Source of the DNA: Eledone cirrhosa
Taxonomy: Eukaryota
Assembly: GCA_964016885.1 (NCBI GenBank)
Contig: OZ024743.1
Span: forward strand, 339,078,001-339,142,000
Length of the DNA stretch: 64,000 nt
Direction: 5' to 3'
A model generated the notes under the pieces. That model saw only the letters and a list, made by a program, of their open reading frames with translations. It had not been told where the DNA came from and did not search any database. The position numbers were made by a program, and so were the translations under genes. This document shows, in pieces, positions 13,033-27,200 of this stretch (positions are counted from its first letter, which is position 1; each line of letters begins with the position of its first letter).

Positions 13033-16000
13033 AGAGACAGCCTGTGGTCTAACTATTTAGCGACAGTCTCTGGTCTAACTAGTTAGTGACAGCCTGTTGT
13101 TTAACTACTTAGTGACAGCCTGCGGTCTAAGTAGTTAGTGACAATCTGTGGTCTAAATAATTAGTGACAGTCTGTGGTCTAACTAGTTAGTAACAGTTTG
13201 TGGTTTGACTAGTTAGTGAAAGTCTGTGGTTTAACTTATAACAGCCTGTGGTCTAACTACTCTGTGACAGTTTTTAGTCTAACTAGTTAGTGACAGACTG
13301 TGGTATAACTAGTTACTGACAGCCTGTGGTTTAACTAGTTACAGGCTGTGGTCTATCTAGTTAGGGAAGTCTGTGGTCTAACAAGTTAGTGACAGTCTGT
13401 GGTCAAACTACTTAGTGAGAATATGTGGCCTAACTTGTTACAGTTTATGGTCTAACTAGTTAGTGAATGGTTGTCGTCTAACTAGTTAGTGACAGTCTGT
13501 GGTTTAACTACTTACAGATAGACGGCGGCCTAACTAGTTAGTGACAATCTTACGTCTGACTAGTTAGTGACAGTCTGTGGTTTAAATAGTTATTGACAGC
13601 CTGTGGTCTAACTAGTTTGAGGCAGTTTGTGGTCTAACTAATTTGAGGCGGTTTGTGGTCTAACTAGTTAGTGAATGGTTGTCGTCTAACTAGTTAGTGA
13701 CAGTCTGTGGTTTAACTACTTACAGATAGACGGCGGTCTAACTAGTTAGTGACAATCTTACGTCTGACTAGTTAGTGACAGTCTGTGGTTTAAGTAGTTA
13801 GTGACAGCCTGTGGTCTAACTAGTTACAACCTGTGGTCTAACTAGTTAATGACCGTCTGTGGTCTCGCTAGTTAGACACAGTTTGTAGTCGAACTAGTTA
13901 GTGATAGCCTCTTATCTAACTAGTTAGTGAGTCTGTTGTTTAACTAGTTAGTGACAGCCTGTGGTTTAACTAGGTAGAGGTAGTTTGTGGTCTAACTAGT
14001 TAGTGAGAGTCTGTGGTTTAACTAGTTAGTGACAGTTTGTGGTCTAAATAGTTAGTGACAGTTTGTGGTCTAACTAGTTAGTGACAGCCTCTGGTCTAAC
14101 TAGTTAATGATAGTCTGTGGTTTAACTAGTTAGTGACAGTCTCTGGTCTAACTAATTAGTGACAATCTGTAGTCTAAATAGTTAGTTATAATCACTGGTC
14201 TAACTAGATAGTGACAGTCTGTGGTCTAACTAGTTAGTGACAGTTTGTGGTCTAAATAGTTATTGACAGTCTGTGGTTTAACTATTTAGTGACAGTCTGT
14301 GGTCTACGTAGTTAATGACAGTCTGTGGTCTATCTAGTTAATGACAGTCTGTGGTCTAACAAGTTAGAGGCAGTTTGTGGTCTAACTAGTTAGTGATAGT
14401 TTGTGGTCTAACTAGTTAGTGACAATCTGTGGTTTGACTAGTTAATGACAGCCCGTGGACTAACTAGTTACAGCATTTTTTCTAACTAGTTAATGACAGT
14501 CTGTGGTCTAACTAGTTAGAGACAGTTTGAGGTCTAACTAGTTATTGACAGTCTGTCATCTAACTAGTTAGTGACAGCCTGTGGTCTAACTACTTAGCCT
14601 GTGGTCTAAAAAGTTTGTGACAGTCTGTGATCTAACTAGTTATTGACAGTATGTGCTCTAACTTGTTACAGTTCGTGGTCTAACTAGTTAGTGAAAGCTT
14701 GTGGTCTAACTAGTTAGTGACAGCCTCTGGTCTAACTAATTAGTGACAGACTGCGGTCTAACTAGTTAGTGACAACCTGTGGTCTAACCAGTTAATGATA
14801 GTTTGAGGTCTAATTAGTTAGTGACAATCTGTATTTTGACTAGTTAGTGAAATTCTGTGGTCTAACTAGTAACAGCCTGTGGTCTAACTAGTCACTGACA
14901 GTTTTTTTTATCTAACTAGTTAGTGACAGACTGTGGTATAATTCGTTAGTGACGGCCTGTGGTTTAACTAGTTACAGTCTGTGGTCTAACTAGTTAGTGA
15001 CAGTCTGTGGTCTAACAAGCTATTGACAGTCTGTCGTCTAACTAGTTAGTGACAGCCTAGTGGACTAACTAGTTAGTGACAGTAAGTGGCCGAACTTGTT
15101 ACAGTTTGTGGTCTAACTAGTTAGTGAAAGATTGTGGTCTAACTAGTTAGTGACAGTCTGTGGTTTAACTAATTACTGATAGCCTGCGGTCTAACTAGTT
15201 AGTGACAATCTGTTGTCTAACTAGTTAGTGAGAGTCTGTGGTTTAAGTAGTTAGAGACAGCCTGTGGTCTAACTATTTAGCGACAGTCTCTGGTCTAACT
15301 AGTTAGTGACAGCCTGTTGTTTAACTACTTAGTGACAGCCTGCGGTCTAAGTAGTTAGTGACAATCTGTGGTCTAAATAATTAGTGACAGTCTGTGGTCT
15401 AACTAGTTAGTAACAGTTTGTGGTTTGACTAGTTAGTGAAAGTCTGTGGTTTAACTTATAACAGCCTGTGGTCTAACTAGTCTGTGACAGTTTTTAGTCT
15501 AACTAGTTAGTGACAGACTGTGGTATAACTAGTTACTGACAGCCTGTGGTTTAACTAGTTACAGGCTGTGGTCTATCTAGTTAGGGACAGTCTGTGGTCT
15601 AACAAGTTAGTGACAGTCTGTGGTCAAACTACTTAGTGAGAATATGTGGCCTAACTTGTTACAGTTTGTGGTCTAACTAGTTAGTGAATGGTTGTCGTCT
15701 AACTAGTTAGTGACAGTCTGTGGTTTAACTACTTACAGATAGACGGCGGCCTAACTAGTTAGTGACAATCTTACGTCTGACTAGTTAGTGACAGTCTGTG
15801 GTTTAAATAGTTATTGACAGCCTGTGGTCTAACTAGTTTGAGGCAGTTTGTGGTCTAACTAATTTGAGGCGGTTTGTGGTCTAACTAGTTAGTGAATGGT
15901 TGTCGTCTAACTAGTTAGTGACAGTCTGTGGTTTAACTACTTACAGATAGACGGCGGTCTAACTAGTTAGTGACAATCTTACGTCTGACTAGTTAGTGAC

Positions 16001-17500
16001 AGTCTGTGGTTTAAGTAGTTAGTGACAGCCTGTGGTCTAACTAGTTACAACCTGTGGTCTAACTAGTTAATGACCGTCTGTGGTCTAGCTAGTTAGTCAC
16101 AGTTTGTAGTCGAACTAGTTAGTGATAGCCTCTTATCTAACTAGTTAGTGAGTCTGTGGTTTAACTAGTTAGTGACAGCCTGTGGTTTAACTAGGTAGAG
16201 GTAGTTTGTGGTCTAACTAGTTAGTGAGAGTCTGTGGTTTAACTAGTTAGTGACAGTTTGTGGTCTAAATAGTTAGTGACAGTTTGTGGTCTAACTAGTT
16301 AGTGACAGCCTCTGGTCTAACTAGTTAATGATAGTCTGTGGTTTAACTAGTTAGTGACAGTCTCTGGTCTAACTAATTAGTGACAATCTGTAGTCTAAAT
16401 AGTTAGTTATAATCACTGGTCTAACTAGATAGTGACAGTCTGTGGTCTAACTAGTTAGTGACAGTTTGTGGTCTAAATAGTTATTGACAGTCTGTGGTTT
16501 AACTATTTAGTGACAGTCTGTGGTCTACGTAGTTAATGACAGTCTGTGGTCTATCTAGTTAATGACAGTCTGTGGTCTAACAAGTTAGAGGCAGTTTGTG
16601 GTCTAACTAGTTAGTGATAGTTTGTGGTCTAACTAGTTAGTGACAATCTGTGGTTTGACTAGTTAATGACAGCCCGTGGACTAACTAGTTACAGCATTTT
16701 TTCTAACTAGTTAATGACAGTCTGTGGTCTAACTAGTTAGAGACAGTTTGAGGTCTAACTAGTTATTGACAGTCTGTCGTCTAACTAGTTAGTGACAGCC
16801 TGTGGTCTAACTACTTAGCCTGTGGTCTAAAAAGTTTGTGACAGTCTGTGATCTAACTAGTTATTGACAGTATGTGCTCTAACTTGTTACAGTTCGTGGT
16901 CTAACTAGTTAGTGAAAGCTTGTGGTCTAACTAGTTAGTGACAGCCTCTGGTCTAACTAATTAGTGACAGACTGCGGTCTAACTAGTTAGTGACAACCTG
17001 CGGTCTAACTAGTTAATGATAGTTTGAGGTCTAATTAGTTAGTGACATTTTGTTGTCTAACTAGTTAGTGACAATCTGTATTTTGACTAGTTAGTGAAAT
17101 TCTGTGGTCTAACTAGTAACAGCCTGTGGTCTAACTAGTCACTGACAGTTTTTTTTTATCTAACTAGTTAGTGACAGACTGTGGTATAATTCGTTAGTGA
17201 CGGCCTGTGGTTTAACTAGTTACAGCCTGTGGTCTAACTAGTTAGTGACACTCTGTGGTCTAACAAGCTATTGACAGTCTGTCGTCTAACTAGTTAGTGA
17301 CAGCCTAGTGGACTAACTAGTTAGTGACAGTAAGTGGCCGAACTTGTTACAGTTTGTGGTCTAACTAGTTAGTGAAAGATTGTGGTCTAACTAGTTAGTG
17401 ACAGTCTGTGGTTTAACTAATTACTGATAGCCTGCGGTCTAACTAGTTAGTGACAATCTGTTGTCTAACTAGATAGTGAGAGTCTGTGGTTTAAGTAGTT
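13033..17500. repeat. ~2.2-kb tandem duplication within the satellite
   Basis: Rare marker variants recur at ~2220-bp spacing: AACTATTTAGCGACAG (~13051 and ~15271), CAGATAGACGGCGG (13515/15736 and 13725/15946), T-run monomer (~14903/~17149). Boundaries approximate. Confidence 0.85.
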
Positions 17501-20500
17501 AGAGACAGCCTGTGGTCTAACTAGTTACAACCTGTTGTCTAACTAGTTAATGACCGTCTATGGTCTAGCTACTTAGACACAGTTTGTGGTCTAACTAGTT
17601 AGTGACAGCCTCTGGGCTAACTAGTTACAACATGTGGTCTAACTAGTTAATGACAGTCTGTAGTCTAACTAGTTAGAGGGAGTTTGTGGTCTAACTAGTT
17701 AGTGACAATCTGTGGTCTAACTAGTTAGTGATAGTCTGTGGTCTAACTAGTCAGTGACAGTTTGTGGTCTAACTAGTTAGTGACAGTTTGTGGTTTAACT
17801 AGGAAGTGACAGCCTGTGGTCTAACTAGTTACAGCCTCTGGTGTAACTAGTTAATGACAGTCTGAGGTCTAACTAGTTAGAGACAGTTTGTGGTCTAACT
17901 AGTTAGTGGCATTCTGTGGTCTAACTAGTTAGTGATAACCTCTTATCTAACTAACTAGTTAGTGAATCTGTGTCTAACCAGTTAGTGACAGTCTTCGTCT
18001 AACTAGTTAATGACAGCCTAGTGGTCTAACTAGTTAGTGACGGTCTGTGGTCTAACTAGTTAGTGAGAGTTTGTGGTCTAACCAGTTAGTGACAATCTGT
18101 GGTTTGACTAGTTAATGAGAGCCTGTGGTCTAACTAGTTACTGACAGTTGTCTAACTAGTTAATGACAGCCTGTGGTCTAACTAGTTAGTGACGGTCTGT
18201 GGTCTAACTAGTTAGTGACAACCTGTGGTTTGACTAGTTAGTGAAAGTCTGTGGTCTAAGTAGTAACAGCCTGTGGTCTAACTAGTCACTGACAGTTTTT
18301 GGCCTAACTAGTTAGTGAAAAACTGTGGTATAATTCGTTAGTGACAGCCTGTGGTTTAATTAGATACAGCCTGCGGTCTAACTGTTTAATGACAGTCTGT
18401 GGTCTAACTAGTTAACGACAGTCTGTGGTCTAACTAGTTAGAGGCAGTTTGTGGTCTAACTAGTTACTGAAAATTTGTGGTCTAACTAGTTAGTGACAGT
18501 CTGTGGTTTGACTAGTTAATGACAGCCCGTGGTCTAACTAGTTACAGCATGTTTTCTAAGTAGTTAATGACGACAGTCTGTGGTTTAACTTGTTAGTGAC
18601 AGCCTCTGGTCTAACTAATTAGTGATAGTGTGTGGTTTAACTCGTTAGTGACAGCCTCTGGTCTAACTAATTAGTGACAGACTGCGGTCTAACTAGTTAG
18701 TGACAGCCTGTGGTCTAACTAGTTCATGACAGTTTGTGGTCTAATTAGTTAGTGACAATCTGTATTTTGACTAGTTAGTGAAAGTCTGTGGTCTAACTAG
18801 TAACAGCCTGTGGTCTAACTAGTCACTGACAGTTTGTGGTCTAATTAGTTAGTGACAGTTTGTGGTCTAACTAGTTAGTGACAGTTTGTGGTCTAACTAG
18901 TTAGTGACAATCTGTATTTTGACTAGTTAGTGAAAGTCTGTGGTCTAACTTGTAACAGCCTGTGGTCTAACTAGTCACTGACAGTTTTTTGTCTAACTAG
19001 TTAGTGACAGACTGTGGTATAATTCGTTAGTGACAGCCTGTGGTTTAACTAGTTACAGCCTGTGGTCTAACAAGTTAGTGACAGCCTGTGTCTAACAAGT
19101 TATTGACAGTCTGTCGTCTAACTAGTTTAGCGACAGCCTGTGGTCTAACTAGTTAGTGAGAGTAAGTGGCCCAACTTGTTACAGTTTGTGGTCTAACTAG
19201 TTAGTGAAAGCTTGTGGTCTAACTAGTTAGTGAAAGCTTGTGGTCTAACTAGTTAGTGACAGTCTGTGGTTTAACTACTTACTGATAGCCTGCGGTCCAA
19301 CTAGTTAGTTACAATCTGTTGTCTAACTAGTTAGTGACAGTCTGTGGTTTAAGTATTTAGTGACAGCCTGTGGTCTAACCAGTTACAACCTGTGGTCTAA
19401 CTAGTTAGTGACAGCCTGTGGTCTGACTAGTTAATGACAGTCTGCGGTCTAACAAGGTAGAGGTAGTTTGTGGTCCAACTATTTAGTGACAGTCTGTGGT
19501 CTAACTAGTTAGTGGCATTCTGTGGTCTAACTAGTTAGTGATAGCCTCTTATCTAACTAGTTAGTGAATCTGGGTCTAACTAGTTAGTGACAGTATTCAG
19601 TCTAACTAGTTAATGACAGCCTGTGGTGTAACTAGTTAGTGACAGTCTGTGGTCTAACTAGTTAGTGAGAGTTTGTGGTCTAACTAGTTAGTGACAGTTT
19701 GTGGTCTAACTATTTAGTGACAGCCTCTGGTCTAAGTAGTGAGTGTCTGTATGTGGTCTAACGTTTTACAGTTTGTGGTGTAACTAGTTAGTGAAAGCTT
19801 GTGGTCTACCTAGTTAGTGACAGTCTGTGGTTTAACTACTTACAGACAGCCTGTGGTCTAACTAGTTAGTGACAATCTGTCGTCTAACTAGTTACAACCT
19901 GTGATCTAACTAGTTAATGACAGTCTGTGGTCTAGCTAGTTAGTGACAGTTTGTAGTCTAACTAATTAATGGCAGTCTGTGCTCTAACTAGCTAGTGATA
20001 GCCTCTTATCTAACTAGTTAGCGAGTCTGTGGTCTAACTAGTTAGTGACAGCCTGTGGTCTAACCAGTTAGTGATAGTCTGTGGTCTAACTAGTTAGTGA
20101 CAGTCTGTGGTCTAACTAGTCAGTCACAGTTTGTGGTCTAACTAGGTAGTGAAGGTTTGTGGTTTAACTAGTTAGTGTCAGCCTGTGGTCTAACTAGTTA
20201 CAGCCTGTGGTCTAACTAATTAATGACAGTCTGTAGTCTAACTAGTTACAGACAGTTTGTGTTCTAACTAGTTAGTGGCAGTCTGTGGTCTAACTAGTTA
20301 GTGATAGCCTCTTATCTAACTAATTAGTTAGTCTGTTGTCTAACTAGTTAGTGACAGTCTGTGGTCTAAATAGTTAATGACAGTCTGTTGTCTAACTAAT
20401 TAGAGGTAGTTTGTGGTCTAACAAATCAGTGACAATCTGTGATCTAACTAGTTAGTGACAGTCTGTGGTCTAACTAGTTAGTGAGAGTTTGTGGTCTAAC

Positions 20501-23500
20501 TAGTTACAACCTGTGGTCTAACTAGTTAGTGACAGTCTGTGGTCTAGCTAGTTAGTGACAGTTTGTGGTCGAAGTAATTAGTGGCTGCCTGTGGTCTAAC
20601 TAGCTAGTGATAGCCTCTTATCTAACTAGTTAGCGAGTCTGTGGTCTAACTGTTTAGTGACAGCCTGTGGTCTAACTAGTTAATGACAGTCTGTGGTCTA
20701 ACTAGGTAAAGGTAGTTTGTAGTTTAACTAGTTAGTGACAGTCTGTGGTCTAACTAGTTAGTCACAGTTTGTGGTCTAACTAGTTAGTGACAGTTTGTGG
20801 TTTAACTAGTTAGTGTCAGCCTGTGGTCTGATTAGTTACAGCCTGTGGTCTAAATAGTTAATGACAGTCTGTAGTCTAACTAGTTAGAGACAGTTTGTGG
20901 TCTAACTAGTTAGTGGCAGTCTGTGGTCTAACTGGTTAGTGATAGCCTCTTATCTAACTAATTAGTTAGTCTGTTGTCTAAGTAGTTAGTGACAGTCTGT
21001 GGTCTAAATAGTTAATGACAGTCTGTTGTCTAACTAATTAGAGGCAGTTTGTGGTCTAACAAGTCAGTGACAATCTGTGATCTAACTAGGTAGTGACAGT
21101 CTGTGGTCTAACTAGTTAGTGACAGTTTGTGGTCTAACTAGTTAGTGACAGTTCGTGGTCTAACTAGTTACAATCTGTGGTCTAACTAGTTAATGACAAT
21201 CTGTGGTCTAGCTAGTTAGTTACAGTTTGTGGTCTAACTAATTAGTGGCAGTCTGTGCTCTAATTAGCTAGTGATAGCCTCTTATCTAACTAGTTAGCGA
21301 TTCTGTGGTCTAACTAGTTAGTGACAGCCTGTGGTCTAACAAGTCAGTCACAGTTTGTGGTCTAGCTAGTTAGTGACAGTTTGGGGTTTAACTAGTTAGT
21401 GACAGCCTGTGGTCTAACTAGTTACAGCCTGTGGTCTAACTAGGTAATTACAGCCTGTAGTCTAACTAGTTAGAGACAGTTTGTGGCCTAGCTAGTTAGT
21501 GGCAGTCTGTGGTCTAACTAGTTAGTGATAGCCTCTTATCTAACTAATTAATTAGTCTGTTGTCTAACTAGTTAGTGACAGTCTGTGGTCTAAATAGTTA
21601 ATGACAGTCTGTTATCTAACTACTTAGAGGCAGTTTGTAGTCTAACGAGTTAGTGACAATATGTGATCTAACTAGTTAGTGAGAGTTTGTTGTCTAACTA
21701 GTTAGTGACAGTTTGTGGTCTATCTAGTTAGTGACAGTCTGTGGTTTAACTACTTACAGACAGCCTGCGGTCTAACTAGTTAGTGACAATCTGTTGTCTA
21801 ACTAGTTAATGACAGTCTGTGGTCTTGCTAGTTATCGAAAGTTTGTGGTCTAACTAATTAGTGGCAGTCTCTGCTCTAACTAGCTAGTGATAGCCTCTTA
21901 TCTAACTAGTTAGGGAGTCTGTGGTCTAACTAGTTAGTGACAGTCTGTGGTCTAACTAGTCAGTCACAGTTTGTGGTCTAACTAGTTAGTGACATTTTGT
22001 GGTTTAACTAGTTAGTGTCAGCCTGTGGTCTAACTAGTTACAGCCTGTGGTCTAACTAGTTAATGACAGTCTGTAGTCTAACTAGTTAGAGACAGTTTGT
22101 GGTCTAACTAGTTAGTGGCAGTATGTGGTCTAACTAGTTAGTGACAGTCTGTGGTCTAAATAGTTAATGACAGTCTGTTGTCTAACTAATTAGAGGCAGT
22201 TTGTGGTCTAACAAGTCAGTGACAATCTGTGATCTAACTAGTTAGTGACAGTCTGTGGTCTAACTAGTTAGTGACAGTTTGTGGTCTAACTGTTTAGTGA
22301 CTGCCTGTGGTCTAACTAGTTAATGATAGTCTGTGGTCTAACTAGGTAAAGGTAGTTTGTGGTTTCACTAGTTAGTGTCAGTCTGTGTTCTAACTAGTTA
22401 GTGACAGTTTGTGGTCTAATTAGTTAGTGACAGTTTGTGATCTAACTAGTTAGTGACAGCCTATGGTCTAACTAGTTAGTGATAGTCTGTGGTTTAACCA
22501 GTTAGTGACAGTCTCTGGTCTAACTAGTTAGTGACAGTCTGTGGTCTAAATAGTTAGTTACAGTTTGTGATCTAAATAGTTAGTGACAGCCTGTGGTCTA
22601 ACTAGTTACAGCCTGTTGTCTAACTAGCTAACGACAGTCTGTGGTCTAACTACTTAGAGGCACATTGTGGTCTAACTAGTTAGTGACAATCTGTGTTCTA
22701 ATTATTTAGTGACAGTTTGTGGTTTAACTAGTTAGTGACAGCCTGTGGTCTAACTAGTTACAGCCTGTAGTCTAACTAAGTAATGACAGCCTGTAGTCTA
22801 ACTAGTTAGTGATAGCCTCTTATCTAACTAATTAGTTAGTCTGTTGTCTAACTAGTTAGTGACAGTCTGTGGTCTAAATAGTTAATGACAGTCTGTTGTC
22901 TAACTAGTTAGAGGCAGTATGTGGTCTAACAAGTTAGTGACAATCTGTGATCTAACTAGTTAGTGACAGTTTGATGTCTAACTAGTTAGTGACAGTTTGT
23001 GGACTAACTAGTTAGTGACAACCTCTTGTCTAACTAGTTAGTGATAGTCTCTTATCTAACTAGTTAGTGACAGCCTCTGGTCTAACTAGTTAGTGACAGT
23101 CTGTGGTCTAAATAGTTAATGACAGTCTGTTGTCTAACTAGTTAGAGGCAGTTTGTGGTCTAACAAGTTAGTGACAATTTGTGATCTAACTAGTTAGTGA
23201 CAGTTTGATGTCTAACTAGTTAGTGACAGTTTGATGTCTAACTAGTTAGTGACAGTTTGTGGACTAACTAGTTAGTGACAACCTCTTGTCTAACTAGTTA
23301 GTGATAGTCTCTTATCTAACTAGTTAGTGACAGCCTCTGGTCTAACTAGTTAGTGACAGTCTGTGGTCTAACTAGTTAGTTACAGTTTGTGGTCTACCTA
23401 GTTAGTGACAGTCTGCGGTTTAACTAGTTAGTTTCAGCCTGTGGTCTAACTAGTTACAGTCTCTGGTCTAACTTGTTAATGACAGTCTGTGGTCTATCTA

Positions 23501-24249
23501 GTTTGAGGCAGTTTGTTGTCTAACTAATTAGTGATAGCCTCTAATCTAACTAGTTAGTGAATCTGTGGTCTAACTAGTTAGTCACAGTCTGTGGTCTAAC
23601 TATTTAATGATAGTCTGTGATCTATCTAGTTAGAGGCAGTTTGTGGTGTAACTAGTTAGTGATGATCTGTGCTCTAACTAGTTAGTGACAGTCTGTGGTC
23701 TAACTAGTTATTGACAGTTTGTCGTCTTATCAGTTAGAGACAGTCTGTGGTTTAACTAGTTAGTGACAGTCTGTGGTCTAACTAGTTAGATGCAGTTTGT
23801 GGTCTAACTAGTTAGTGACAGTTAATGGTCTAACTAGTTAGTGACAGCCTCTGGTTTAACTAGTTAGTGACAGCCTCTGGTCTATCTAGTTAGTGATAGA
23901 CTGTGGTTTAACTAGTTAGTGACAGGCTCTGGTCTATCTAGTTAGTGACAGGCTCTGGTCTAACTAGTTAATGACAGTCTGTGGTCTAACTAGTTAGAGG
24001 CAGTTTGTGGTCTACCTAGTTAGTGACAATCTGTGGTCTAACTAGTTAGTGACAGTCTGTGGTCTAACTAGTTATTGACAGTTTGTCGTCTTATCAGTTA
24101 GAGACAGTCTGTGGTTTAACTAGTTAGTGACAGTCCGTGGTCTAACTAGTTAGATGCAGTTTGTGGTCTAACTAGTTAGTGTCAGTTTATGGTCTAACTA
24201 GTTAATGACAGCCTCTGGTCTAACTAGTTAGTGATATTCTGTGGTTTAA

Positions 24250-27200
24250 TCAGTTAGTGACAGTCTCTGGTCTAACTAGTTAGTGACAGTCTGTGGTCTA
24301 AATAGTTAGTTACAGTTTGTGATCTAAATACTTAGTGACAGCCTGTGGTCTAACTAGTTACAGCCTGTTGTCTAACTAGCTAACGACAGTCTGTGGTCTA
24401 ACTACTTAGAGGCAATTTGTGGTCTAACTAGTTAGTGACAATCTGTGTTCTAACTATTTAGTGACAGTTTGTGGTTTAACTAGTTAGTGACAGCCTGAGG
24501 TCTAACTAGTTACAGCCTGTGGTCTAACTAAGTAATGACAGCCTGTAGTCTAACTAGTTAGTGATAGCCTCTTATCTAACTAATTAGTTAGTCTGTTGTC
24601 TAACTAGTTAGTGACAGTCTGTGGTCTAAATAGTTAATGACAGTCTGTTGTCTAACTAGTTAGAGGCAGTTTGTGGTCTAACAAGTTAGTGACAATCTGT
24701 GATCTAACTAGTTAGTGACAGTTTGTTGTCTAACTAGTTAGTGACAGTTTGTGGACTAACTAGTTAGTGACAACCTCTTGTCTAACTAGTTAGTGATAGT
24801 CTCTTATCTAACTAGTTAGTGACAGCCTCTGGTCTAACTAGTTAGTGACAGTCTGTGGTCTAACTAGTTAGTTACAATCTGTGGTCTAACTAGTTAGTTA
24901 CAGTTTGTGGTCTACCTATTTAGTGACAGTCTGCTGTTTAACTAGTTAGTTTCAGCCTGTGGTCTAACTAGTTACAGTCTGTGGTCTAACTTGTTAATGA
25001 CAGTCTGTGGTCTATCTAGTTTGAGGCAGTTTGTTGTCTAACTAATTAGTGATAGCCTCTTATCTAACTAGTTAGTGAATCTGTGGTCTAACTAGTTAGT
25101 CACAGTCTGTGGTCTAACAAGTTAATGATAGTCTGTGATCTATCTAGTTAGAGGCAGTTTGTGGGGTAACTAGTTAGTGATGATCTGTGCTCTAACTAAT
25201 TAGTGACAGTCTGTGGTCTAACTAGTTATTGACAGTTTGTCGTCTTATCAGTTAGAGACAGTCTGTGGTTTAACTAGTTAGTGACAGTCTGTGGTCTAAC
25301 TAGTTAGATGCAGTTTGTGGTCTAACTAGTTAGTGACAGTTAATGGTCTAACTAGTTAGTGACAGCCTCTGGTTTAACTAGTTAGTGACAGCCTCTGGTC
25401 TATCTAGTTAGTGATAGTCTGTGGTTTAACTAGTTAGTGACAGGCTCTGGTCTATCTAGTTAGTGACAGCCTCTGGTCTAACTAGTTAATGACAGTCTGT
25501 GGTCTAACTAGTTAGAGGCAGTTTGTGGTCTACCTAGTTAGTGACAATCTGTGGTCTAACTAGTTAGTGACAATCTGTGGTCTAACTAGTTAGTGACAGT
25601 CTGTGGTCTAACTAGTTAGTGACAGTTTGTCGTCTTATCAGTTAGAGACAGTCTGTGGTTTAACTAGTTAGTGACAGTCTGTGGTCTAACTAGTTAGATG
25701 CAGTTTGAGGTCTAACTAGTTAGTAACAGTTTATGGTCTAACTAGTTAGTGACAGCCTCTGGTCTATCTAGTTAGTGATAGTCTGTGGTTTAACTAGTTA
25801 GTGAGGGGCTCTGGCCTATCTAGTTAGTGACAGTTTGTGGTCTAACTAGTTAGTTACAATCTGTGGTCTAACTAGTTAGTGACAGTCTGTGGTCTAACTA
25901 GTTAGTGACACTTTGTGGTCTACCTAGTTAGTGAAAGTCCGTGGTTTAACTAGTTTGTGACATTCTGTGGTCTAATAAGTTACAGTCTGTGGTCTATCTA
26001 GTTAATGACAGTCTGTGGTCTAACTAGTTAATAACAGTCTGTGATCTAACTAGTTAGAGGCAGTTTGTGGTCCAATTAGTTAGAGACAATCTGTGGTCTA
26101 ACTAGTTAGTTACAGTCTGTGGTCTAACTAGTTAGTGACAGTTTGTTGTCTAACTAGTTAGTGACAATCTGTGGTTTGACTAGTTAATGACAGCCTGTGG
26201 TCTAATTAGTTACAGCCCGTTGTCTAACTAGTTAATGACAGTCTGTGATCTAACTAGTTAGAGACAGTTTGTGGTCTAACTAGTTAGTGACAGTTTGTGG
26301 TCTAAGTATTTAGTGACAGTCTGTGGTCTAACTAGTCACTGACAGCCTCTGGTCTAACTAATTAGTTATAGTCTGTGGTTTAACTAGTTAGTGACAGCCT
26401 CTGGTCTAACTAGCTAGTGACAGTTTGTGGTCTAACTAGTTAGTGACAATACGTGGTCTAACTAGTTAGATGCAGTTTATGGTCTAACTAGTTAGTGACA
26501 GTTTATGGTCTAACTAGTTAGTGACAGCCTCTGGTCTATCTAGTTAGTGATAGTCTGTGGTTTAACTAGTGGGTGACGGGCTCTGGTCTATCTAGTTAGT
26601 GATAGTTTGTGGTCTAACTAGTTAGTTACAATCTGTGGTCTAACTAGTTAGTGAAAGTCTGTGGTCTAACTATTAACAGCCTGTGAGCTAAGTAGTCACT
26701 ACTAGTTTTTGGTCTAACTAATTTGTGCCAGACTGTGGTATAACTAGTTAGTGACAGCCTGTGGTTTAACCAGTTACAGCCAGTGGTCTAACAAGTTATC
26801 GACAGTCTGTCGTCTAACTAGTTAGTGACAGCCTGTGGTCTAACTACTTAGTGACAGACTGTGGTCTAACTAGTTAGTGACAGTCTCTGATCTAACTAGT
26901 TACCGTTTGTGTGTCTAACTAGTTAGTTACAGCCTGTGGTCTAACTAGTTAGTGACAGTATGTGGTCTAACGTTTTACAGTTTGTCGTCTAACTAGTTAG
27001 TGAAAGCTTGTGGTCTACCTAGTTAGTGACAGTCTGTGGTTTAATTACTTACTAACAGCCTGCGGTCTAACTAGTTAGTGACAATCTGTCGTCTAACTAG
27101 TTAGTGATATTCTGTGCTTTAACTAGTTAGTGACAGCCTGTGGTCTAACTAGTTACAATCTGTAGTCTAACTAGTTAATGACAGTCTGTGGTCTAGCTAG